From positions 1,530,001 through 1,562,000 of the forward strand of contig NC_014148.1 in NCBI RefSeq assembly GCF_000092105.1: 32,000 nucleotides of DNA, read 5' to 3'. Under the pieces are notes generated by a model. The model was not told where the DNA came from. It did no database searches and saw nothing but the letters and a program-made list of their open reading frames with translations. This document shows positions 25,167 to 32,000 of the stretch, in pieces. The DNA is from Planctopirus limnophila DSM 3776. Its GTDB lineage: Bacteria; Planctomycetota; Planctomycetia; Planctomycetales; Planctomycetaceae. The stretch's first letter is position 1; each line of letters starts with the position of its first letter. The position numbers and the translations under genes were made by a program.

Positions 25167-25841
25167 ATGTCGAATCAGTGGTTTGTCAAAATAGATGGAA
25201 AAGCTCAAGGGCCACTCAACGAATTGCAGATTCGTAAACTCATGAAGATGGGACGAATTGAACCTGATACTGAAGTGCGTCCAGAAAGTGGTGGTGCCTG
25301 GATGACTGCTGCTGAAGCAATCCAGATTCTGGATCAGGGAACCAATACCATTGATCCCATAGAAGCCTTGATTGACAACGTCCTGGGGACATCAACGCCA
25401 ACTCCGCCGACAACATTGTCGGATCAGGATTTCTCCCAGAACTCTCCCTCAGACTCGGAGACTCCTGCGAAGAAAGCTTCAGTCACTCCACCAATTCCAC
25501 AGGTTCCAACAGCATCTGTTCCACAACCAGTAAGAAATCAACTCCCAAAGTGGTCAGGGATTGCAAAAGATGACGTTCCCAAATACGGAGAACTGGAAAC
25601 CTACGGCTGGCTATCAGCAATCCTGGGAGTGTTGATCATGGTGAGTTCGATCATGATCAGCTTTGCAGAGGCTAACAACGAGCGTGCAACGCAAGGTTCA
25701 GTGTTTGTCATACTTCTGTTTGGGTTCCTCCAGGCTGTCGCATTCCTCACTGCTTCAGCACTGATCCGAGGATTTCGTCATGGTTTGCAGGATCTTCGCA
25801 AAATCACCATTTGCGCCGAACACACTGCCAAGCGTGCCTGA
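25167..25841 (+). CDS. GYF_2 (DUF4339) domain protein with C-terminal two-helix membrane anchor
   Basis: ATG 25167 is preceded by aaagggg. The N-terminus MSNQWFVKIDGKAQGPLNELQIRKLMKMGRIEPDTEVRPESGGAWMTAAE is typical of GYF_2. A P/T/S-rich linker follows, then two TM helices (WLSAILGVLIMVSSIMISFA, VFVILLFGFLQAVAFLTASALI). Confidence 0.72.
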   Translation: MSNQWFVKIDGKAQGPLNELQIRKLMKMGRIEPDTEVRPESGGAWMTAAEAIQILDQGTNTIDPIEALIDNVLGTSTPTPPTTLSDQDFSQNSPSDSETPAKKASVTPPIPQVPTASVPQPVRNQLPKWSGIAKDDVPKYGELETYGWLSAILGVLIMVSSIMISFAEANNERATQGSVFVILLFGFLQAVAFLTASALIRGFRHGLQDLRKITICAEHTAKRA

Positions 25842-25858
25842 AAATCCTGCCGTACATT

Positions 25859-28800
25859 TCAAAGTGTCGAATACAGGCTCAATCCTTCTCCCTGATAGCT
25901 GTCATAAACATGCTGGTAGACATTGTCACACTTCTGGCTGTAAAGCTCTGGTGTGAATGGCCTCGGAAGATCATCCAGCACTTCCTTTACAGTGGAGTAC
26001 ACGTCGGCTCGCGTTCTCTGCTTCTTTCGCCAATCCAGAACCAACTTGGCTTGCTTTAGAGATTGCAGTACCCGACGCGCCACCTGCTTTACTTGCTTCC
26101 GCTCGGCTGGTGTCAGGTCTAACTCGGGCCGCATGAGGATATCAAAAATGGCCAGTTCTTCCTCAGTCAGTTGCTCGGATACACCCCGCTTATCCTCTTC
26201 CTTTAAGTCTTTGGCAAACGCCATCAGCTTGGCAAAGAAAGCTTCAACATCCATTCCTTTGTTGTACTCTTCAATCAGCGTCTTGAACTTATCCAACAGC
26301 TCAATGCGGGATTTGTTGAGTTGAACCATTCTGGTGAGTTTCTGGCTCACCAATGCTTTCAGCTTTTCTGCTTCCGTATGTTTCCGGCCTTTACTGAAAT
26401 GAGCCTTCAACGCCTCAAAATCAACTTCGCTCAAATCAATCAATGAAGTCTCTTCTGTGGCATGGATCACATAGCCAACAGTGGAAATAGATTCATCCAG
26501 CAGTTCTCCCACTTGATCCAGCAAATCATCAATGTTGGCTTTGTCGGTCAGATTGCGGATTTTCTCTGCCAGAACCACCAGACACGTTTTGATTGCCGCA
26601 AACTCGTTGGCTCTGGGGTCAGGCAATATGGCTTTGTAAAGCTTCACCACCTGGGCCACATGAAACAAAAACTGCTTCTTCAGGTCATCATTGAGGATGA
26701 TTTTTTCAACAGCATCATCCACGGCTTCCACCACTTCGGCTTCCACCAGCAAATGAGCGGCCTGGGCCAGTTCCGCAGCTTTGTGAAAACTCTCCGGGTT
26801 GGCGTCAATCACTCTTTCCAAGCTCACGCCGCGTGAATCACAAAACGCTCTGGCTTCCGCAATGGCTTCGTGGAGAGCTTCCACCAGCATCGTCTTTTTC
26901 TCAATCGGGCATTCACCCTCCTGGGCCTGCCCTGATGCTGCTGTACCGAAAATGGCCAATGCTTTTTGCAGGTCACGAAAAACGCCCACATAATCCACAA
27001 TCAGACCGTTGGTTTTTTCTCCAAACACCCGATTGGCTCGGGCAATCGTCTGCATGAGTGTGTGATTCTTCATCGGCTTATCCAGGTAAACCGTAGAGAC
27101 ACACGGAGCATCAAAGCCCGTCAGCCACATGGCACAGACAAAAACCAGACGGAAAGGGTCTTTGGGTTCCCGGAACTTCTTTTCCAGATCCTCATTCACC
27201 ATGCGTGCCCGATGCACGGTGATATCAAAGCCTTTCTCCTGGAAGTATTGAATTTCGTTCTGCTGCTGAGAAATCACCACGGCCATATCCGTGGATTCCA
27301 TGTAAGCAATTTTCTCTTGTAATACAGGCTGACGGATTGAATCGGCCACCAGCAATTGAGACTTCAGATCTGCCAGAAACGCACCCCAGTATTTCTGGAC
27401 TTTCTCATACATCTTCACTGCGGTGAGCTTATCGACACAGATCACCATTCCCTTGCCGCCACCCTCACGTCCCAGAAAATGGGCCACAATGTCTTCCGCC
27501 ACTTTTTCCAGGCGGTCGTCTCGGGTAATCAGGTGATATTCACGGGCAAATTCCCGTTCCAGCAAATCTTCCTGCTCTTCATTGAGTTCAGCCGATTCAA
27601 TCAGAGCGTCCAGATCGTCCTGGAAGTTTTCATTGGCCAGTTGCAGTTCGGGAATCCGGTTTTCGTAAAACAACCGGACAGTGGCACCATCCTCCACGGA
27701 CTGGCGGAAGTTATAGATGGAAACATAATCCCCAAAGACTTCTTTGGTCTTCTCCTCACCAGCCATCAGCGGAGTTCCGGTGAACCCGATAAACGCCGCA
27801 TTCGGCAAGGCGTTCCGCATATTCAAAGCCAACGTGTCATATTGGGAGCGGTGAGCCTCATCAGTCATGACGATGATGTTGCTGCGGTCGGAAAGTTTCG
27901 GGTACGTCTGACCTTTCTTGGTGCCGAACTTTTGAATCAGGGTGAAGATAAACCGGTGATCTTCCTGAAGAAGTTGCTTCAGATGTTCTCCACTCTGGGC
28001 CTGACACTCTTCAGTGGCCACTCCCGTATTGCGGAAGTTGCGGTAAATCTGGCCATCCAGTTCCGTGCGGTCGGTAATGACCAGAAACGTCCAGTTGCCG
28101 GGAACTTTCCGAAGGACTTTCTGCGCAAAGAAAGCCATGGAATACGATTTGCCGCTTCCCTGAGTGTGCCAGAAAACCCCTAACCGTCCTTGATTGGATT
28201 GAATCTGGTTGAGAGCTGATGTGGCATTATTCACTCCCAGAAACTGATGATTCTTGGCAGTAATCTTATAGAGCTGACCTTTCGACTCATCAAAGAGGGT
28301 GAAGTTCTCCACGAGATCCAGAAACTTCGTTTTCTCACACGTTCCCCGAATCAATGTTTCCAGAGAGATAATCCCTTTCTCTCCTTCACTGTTGATCCTT
28401 TTCCAATCGGCAAAATGCTCCAACCCTGCCGTCAGACTGCCAATCTTGGCTTCACTCCCGTTGGAGAGGATCACCAGAGCGTTGTACCAGAAGAGCTGAG
28501 GAATGGTGGTTTTGTAGTCTTGAAGGTTGCCTGAAAAGGCCTGCTCCAGCCTGCCGTGAGTCTTCTTTAACTCAATGAAAAGTAGTGGCAGGCCATTCAC
28601 AAAGCCGATCAGGTCTGTCCGTCGTTTGTAAACTGTTCCCGAAATCCAGAACTGAGAGACCAGCAGAAAATCGTTGTTGGCGGGCTGATTCCAATCGATC
28701 ACCCGCACGGTTTCATCCACATCGTCTCCATTCTCATCGGCATAAGAGACTTTCACGCCCTCCTTGAGGAGTTTGTAAACGTCTCGGTTGGCCTGAGCAG

Positions 28801-29056
28801 GAGCGGCGGCACTGCGGTCTTTTCCCAGTTCCTCAATAGCCAGTTGAACGGCATCATCCGGCAGGCTGGGATTCAGTTTCTCTAATGCAGATTTCAGCCG
28901 GGGCCAGAGAATCACATCACTGGTGGTTTCCCGTCCCAGCGTGGCGTTGGCTCCCACTTTCTCGGCAAAGCCATTCACCGTGGCATAACCCAGTTCCTGA
29001 AACAGGGCTATCGTGGGCTGTTCAACCAGTGCATCTTCAGTGTAAGGATTGATCAT
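25859..29056 (-). CDS. hsdR: Type I restriction endonuclease subunit R
   Basis: 1065 aa. N-terminal HsdR_N-like region, helicase motif I WHTQGSGKSYS, motif II IVMTDEAHRSQ, later SF2 motifs (FTGTP, QTIARANR). The C-terminal DUF3387-like tail has LTEEELAIFDIL. The ATG overlaps the upstream stop (ATGA). Confidence 0.95.
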   Translation of the reverse strand: MINPYTEDALVEQPTIALFQELGYATVNGFAEKVGANATLGRETTSDVILWPRLKSALEKLNPSLPDDAVQLAIEELGKDRSAAAPAQANRDVYKLLKEGVKVSYADENGDDVDETVRVIDWNQPANNDFLLVSQFWISGTVYKRRTDLIGFVNGLPLLFIELKKTHGRLEQAFSGNLQDYKTTIPQLFWYNALVILSNGSEAKIGSLTAGLEHFADWKRINSEGEKGIISLETLIRGTCEKTKFLDLVENFTLFDESKGQLYKITAKNHQFLGVNNATSALNQIQSNQGRLGVFWHTQGSGKSYSMAFFAQKVLRKVPGNWTFLVITDRTELDGQIYRNFRNTGVATEECQAQSGEHLKQLLQEDHRFIFTLIQKFGTKKGQTYPKLSDRSNIIVMTDEAHRSQYDTLALNMRNALPNAAFIGFTGTPLMAGEEKTKEVFGDYVSIYNFRQSVEDGATVRLFYENRIPELQLANENFQDDLDALIESAELNEEQEDLLEREFAREYHLITRDDRLEKVAEDIVAHFLGREGGGKGMVICVDKLTAVKMYEKVQKYWGAFLADLKSQLLVADSIRQPVLQEKIAYMESTDMAVVISQQQNEIQYFQEKGFDITVHRARMVNEDLEKKFREPKDPFRLVFVCAMWLTGFDAPCVSTVYLDKPMKNHTLMQTIARANRVFGEKTNGLIVDYVGVFRDLQKALAIFGTAASGQAQEGECPIEKKTMLVEALHEAIAEARAFCDSRGVSLERVIDANPESFHKAAELAQAAHLLVEAEVVEAVDDAVEKIILNDDLKKQFLFHVAQVVKLYKAILPDPRANEFAAIKTCLVVLAEKIRNLTDKANIDDLLDQVGELLDESISTVGYVIHATEETSLIDLSEVDFEALKAHFSKGRKHTEAEKLKALVSQKLTRMVQLNKSRIELLDKFKTLIEEYNKGMDVEAFFAKLMAFAKDLKEEDKRGVSEQLTEEELAIFDILMRPELDLTPAERKQVKQVARRVLQSLKQAKLVLDWRKKQRTRADVYSTVKEVLDDLPRPFTPELYSQKCDNVYQHVYDSYQGEGLSLYSTL

Positions 29057-29640
29057 GGGGCTGCCTCATGGATTCTTTGAAGCACCAGTTTCCATTCTGT
29101 GGTCACTCCCAGAGTTTCAGCCCATTGTGTGAGATAATCCCGGTCAATGGCGTCTTTCTGGATCAGCAGGATGCTGGCAATATCCCGCAGATGTTTTTCG
29201 GAACCCCCCTCCTGGTAGTACCGCAACTTCATCAGGATGATATTTTCCGGAGAACCGAACCAGGCATCATAAAAGCCGGGATTGGACAGCCTTTGTCCCA
29301 GGCTGATGTCCAACTGGCTGAAAGGCGTCTCTTTCCGCTGGATAATATCCAGTTTGAGGCCTGACGGAACATGAATGATGTTGAACTGGTGGCGGGTACG
29401 AATGGCTTCTGCCACAGCCGTGGTCGAAAGATAGAAATCTGGAGACGGAAATTCCTGATCCAGTTCAGCAATGTGGCTTTCTTGCAGATCCACCAGAAAA
29501 TCAATGTCGTTCGTAAAGCGGGCCTCACTGTAAGCCATGCTGGCCATGGAACCGACGACCCGGTACGGCACTCCCAGCCGTTCAAAGCAGTTGGCAGTCT
29601 TCTGCAACAGTTGAAAAGGTGTCAGGTCAGCGGGGGACAC
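29053..29640 (-). CDS. Pol-beta-fold nucleotidyltransferase (NTase) embedded in the Type I R-M operon
   Basis: VVGSMASMAYSEARFTNDIDFLV fits hG[GS]-x13-DxD, with a third acidic residue in GLKLDII. The C-terminal helical region is ENIILMKLRYYQEGGSEKHLRDIASILL. I prefer GTG 29640 as the start because the paralogous stub has ATG at the same codon. The longest ORF starts at 29697. The stop overlaps the hsdR ATG. Confidence 0.72.
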   Translation of the reverse strand: MSPADLTPFQLLQKTANCFERLGVPYRVVGSMASMAYSEARFTNDIDFLVDLQESHIAELDQEFPSPDFYLSTTAVAEAIRTRHQFNIIHVPSGLKLDIIQRKETPFSQLDISLGQRLSNPGFYDAWFGSPENIILMKLRYYQEGGSEKHLRDIASILLIQKDAIDRDYLTQWAETLGVTTEWKLVLQRIHEAAP

Positions 29641-29860
29641 GTTCAGTGGCTCCGTGACTGAGTCGGTTGGCAGCTTCCCGCAGAACCTGTTCTTCACTCC
29701 AATCCGGATGTTGCTGACGTATCGTCCCCCGGATCATTTCCCGGGCGGTTTCCCACATCCGAAATGCCTGAGTCAACCGTTCGGCGGGAGTCTTCTGACG
29801 AAGAATCTCCACCATCACAGGTTCCAGAATTTCAATAACGGGTTGGCGTGGTGGCTGCAT
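29603..29860 (-). repeat. 258-bp direct repeat, copy B (partner 24240-24497)
   Basis: See copy A. It spans the small gene and the first codons of the NTase gene. Confidence 0.85.
29627..29860 (-). CDS. 77-aa hypothetical protein upstream of the NTase (putative antitoxin-like or regulatory partner)
   Basis: ATG 29860 lies 2 nt after the hsdS TAG stop and gives MQPPRQPVIEILEP..., colinear with the 24264-24497 paralog. The tracked ORF start at 29890 would overlap hsdS. The 3' end overlaps the NTase start by 14 nt. Confidence 0.65.
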   Translation of the reverse strand: MQPPRQPVIEILEPVMVEILRQKTPAERLTQAFRMWETAREMIRGTIRQQHPDWSEEQVLREAANRLSHGATERVPR

Positions 29861-29862
29861 AC

Positions 29863-31725
29863 CTACGATCCTGCCTGCAACGTGAACCACTTCTGACGCA
29901 CCATCTTTGAAATCGTGTCGTCCACATTCTCAACAGAGAAATTGTTTTTGTCTCGCTTCCCGGGCCAGTTGTCGATTCCAGTTTGGATATTCTGCCGCGT
30001 GATGGGTTGGCCAGCGTCGTGAAGATCACAGACGACCTTAAAAATGGTCATCCATTTCCCCAGGCCACTCTTCCCGAATTTGGAGAGATCCTGCACGAAC
30101 TCCGTCACAAGGGCTGCTTTCTCTCCCAGAAGAGATTTTGCGTATTCAACACCTTTTGTGAATTTCCGACCGGGAAGCAGAATTTTCCCCTGATTATCAA
30201 ATCGCAACCAATCAAAGCCAGCGGCGGCAAAGACCGCTTTATGGCGAAGTTCCTGTGACCAGGGGCCAGCCTTCTGGGCGACAAATTTTGAATTGATGGC
30301 ATGCCTGCGGAGATGTTTCAGGCCGAACATGTGCTTCTGAATGACAAACTCGTTGTTTGGTCTATCTGGTGCCAGATGAAGAAGCTCTTGCAGTAACAAG
30401 CACAGAATCGCCGCATCGTCTTTGTAAGGTGTACCTGTTTCGGCAGTCGGAGATGAAACAATTTGCGGCTTTGGCGGTTGGATAACTTTTTCTACTTCCG
30501 GCTGTTGAAAGGTCGGTTCATCAAAATCGATTTCCAGAGACTCAACATCCAGTTCACCGCTGATGAGTTTGGGAAGTAAGAGGTCACGGGTTTTGCGAAG
30601 GATTTTGTTTTTTCTAAGGATATTTTCAATGTGCTTTACTACGGGGGTTGTAAGAACGTCAAACTTCTGAATTAAAAATGGTTGCGGAAGAATAATTTCA
30701 AGATCCGCTATCAATTTTGTTGTCAGACTTCCACGAGAGCTACCGTCAGAGATCTGCCGGAACTGGTCATACCTTTGCACTAAATCAAAAAATAAAAAAC
30801 TATCAGTAGTTTGCTTACCATCAGCCGTTACAGCAATTGTTGACTGATTGATGTAGCAATCTAGGCAAAGCATCGACGTTTGGCCACGAGTCTTGCCTTG
30901 GCCCGCACTTGCAATAACAGTGCAGCCAGATCGTGCAAAACGGGTACTTGAATTAGTCACGCCCTCCTGTGTGATTTTCTTTTCAGTCTCTGTAATAAAG
31001 GTGTTTCCGGTTTCGCCGGATGATAGCCACGGAATATCACCATCCCAGTATTCATTGACATTAGTTCTTGGTGTCCCTCCGCTAGTAATTCTTTCGCAAA
31101 TTGAATCCAATCGTTTAACCTGCCAACCCTCAGGGATTTTGCCGAGTGGGGAATCGACGAGCAGGGTGTTTTCGTGGCCTGGGAAGCGGAAGTGGACGAA
31201 CCATTCCCGGTAAATGGCCTGGGCCATCTCTTCCAGAATGGCAATTCGCCGGGTGTTGTTCTCAATCAGATCATCATACGCCGAAAGAATCCCCGCAATT
31301 TTGCGTTGGACTGGCTCGGATGGAAATGTCAACTGTAAACCGTTCAAAATTGTTAAAGTCAAGAACTTGGTTGCGGCACCTGTGGATATACTTTGCAAAT
31401 GTTCAAGCAAGGGCCACATAGAGTAGTAAAGGAAACGCGTGTTGAGTCGCGTGCAATCTTGTGGCGTAACAACATACGTGCGTTGATACGCGTCAAATCG
31501 TCCGTGAAAATACTTTAGTGGATATATGCCGTTGGCATTGTTTCCGGCGAGTAACACACATTCTGTATCGAAGGCAAAAGTGTTTGTGCGAAGCGTCTCT
31601 TGCGAGCATGTAAAAAAGGGATATGCACCGTTTGATACAGCAGCATTTGAATTCAGCTTGCCCGTCTTGAAAGTCACTAGATTGCTAAGGGCGTCTGTCG
31701 TCCAGCCATTTGGAGGCATATTCAT
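29863..31725 (-). CDS. hsdS: Type I R-M specificity subunit with an extra C-terminal domain of about 220 aa
   Basis: Residues 1-400 form two target-recognition domains separated by the conserved helix [36 protein letters not shown], ending with the second helix [18 protein letters not shown]. Residues 401-620 are additional (see findings). The ATG overlaps the hsdM stop (ATGA). Confidence 0.9.
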   Translation of the reverse strand: MNMPPNGWTTDALSNLVTFKTGKLNSNAAVSNGAYPFFTCSQETLRTNTFAFDTECVLLAGNNANGIYPLKYFHGRFDAYQRTYVVTPQDCTRLNTRFLYYSMWPLLEHLQSISTGAATKFLTLTILNGLQLTFPSEPVQRKIAGILSAYDDLIENNTRRIAILEEMAQAIYREWFVHFRFPGHENTLLVDSPLGKIPEGWQVKRLDSICERITSGGTPRTNVNEYWDGDIPWLSSGETGNTFITETEKKITQEGVTNSSTRFARSGCTVIASAGQGKTRGQTSMLCLDCYINQSTIAVTADGKQTTDSFLFFDLVQRYDQFRQISDGSSRGSLTTKLIADLEIILPQPFLIQKFDVLTTPVVKHIENILRKNKILRKTRDLLLPKLISGELDVESLEIDFDEPTFQQPEVEKVIQPPKPQIVSSPTAETGTPYKDDAAILCLLLQELLHLAPDRPNNEFVIQKHMFGLKHLRRHAINSKFVAQKAGPWSQELRHKAVFAAAGFDWLRFDNQGKILLPGRKFTKGVEYAKSLLGEKAALVTEFVQDLSKFGKSGLGKWMTIFKVVCDLHDAGQPITRQNIQTGIDNWPGKRDKNNFSVENVDDTISKMVRQKWFTLQAGS

Positions 31726-32000
31726 AATGCTGCCTCCAACAATTTGACGACGTTAACGGCAATTCGTTCTTCCAACTCACGGGCTTCACTGTTGAGAACT
31801 TCCAGTTCTTCACTCAGTTCTTCCAGCCGTTCGGCAAACACAAAATCGTCCGGGGCTTTGTCGGCAACTCCCACATACCGGCCTGGGTTCAAACTCCAGC
31901 CCTGGGCTTCAATTTCCTGGAGTGTGGCGATTTTGCAGAGTCCAGCCACATCCGCATACTTCAGCTTCGGGAAGGTGGCTTTCAGGTCTGGTTCGACTCC
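31722..32000 (-). CDS. hsdM: Type I R-M DNA methyltransferase subunit, 3' end only (continues beyond the window)
   Basis: The C-terminal sequence ...[24 protein letters not shown]...[16 protein letters not shown] is typical of an HsdM C-terminus. The frame stays open to position 32000. Confidence 0.85.
   Translation of the reverse strand, partial: GVEPDLKATFPKLKYADVAGLCKIATLQEIEAQGWSLNPGRYVGVADKAPDDFVFAERLEELSEELEVLNSEARELEERIAVNVVKLLEAAL

Noticed and set aside
27356-28183. 275-aa + strand ORF, and several other + strand ORFs between 25953 and 28767
   Set aside because: They lie entirely antisense within the well-supported hsdR gene and have low-complexity composition. They are typical shadow ORFs.
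29053-29697. Possibility that the R-M-embedded gene is a PrrC/RloC-type anticodon nuclease
   Set aside because: It is too short (about 195-214 aa) and has no Walker A/ABC-ATPase motif. The visible signature is a Pol-beta NTase (GS…DxD). Only the genomic position is analogous to PrrC.
22098-32000. R-M region as a genomic island integrated at a tRNA gene
   Set aside because: The R-M genes lie on the 5' side of the tRNA array, not at a tRNA 3' end. No integrase or att-like duplication of a tRNA 3' end was seen, and a normal-looking sulfatase gene separates them.
1-32000. CRISPR arrays, rRNA genes, IS elements, transposases and integrases
   Set aside because: I scanned for regularly spaced direct repeats and for DDE, tyrosine-recombinase or serine-recombinase-like ORFs, and found none.

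Overview
The gene content suggests a chromosomal segment from a Planctomycetota-like bacterium: Tat-signal Gfo/Idh/MocA oxidoreductase, formylglycine-type sulfatase, DUF11-repeat envelope protein, GYF_2 protein. This is an inference and needs a database search to confirm. Positions 1-20.3 kb look like ordinary housekeeping and envelope genes: cytoplasmic trypsin-like protease, YhcH-family protein, MarR regulator, zwf, an HNH endonuclease, ldh, OprO/P-type porin, two large orphan secreted or membrane proteins, a divergent Tat-exported oxidoreductase/TIM-barrel pair, an Skp/OmpH-like lipoprotein and a DUF11-repeat protein. Positions 20.4-32 kb look accessory. They hold a second paralogous HNH endonuclease and, directly upstream on the same strand, a tandem array of eight tRNA-like genes, five of which break canonical tRNA invariants when folded by hand. 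A sulfatase follows, then a Type I R-M operon with the order hsdM, hsdS, 77-aa gene, Pol-beta-fold nucleotidyltransferase (NTase), hsdR, all translationally coupled. The small-gene/NTase pair sits where PrrC sits in the E. coli prr locus. HsdS carries an unexplained C-terminal extension of about 220 aa. A 258-bp direct repeat (about 88% identity) duplicates the small gene plus the NTase 5' end, and brackets hsdR, the NTase and two passenger genes. I saw no CRISPR array, rRNA, transposase or integrase. All family assignments come from motifs read by eye and none was verified by search.
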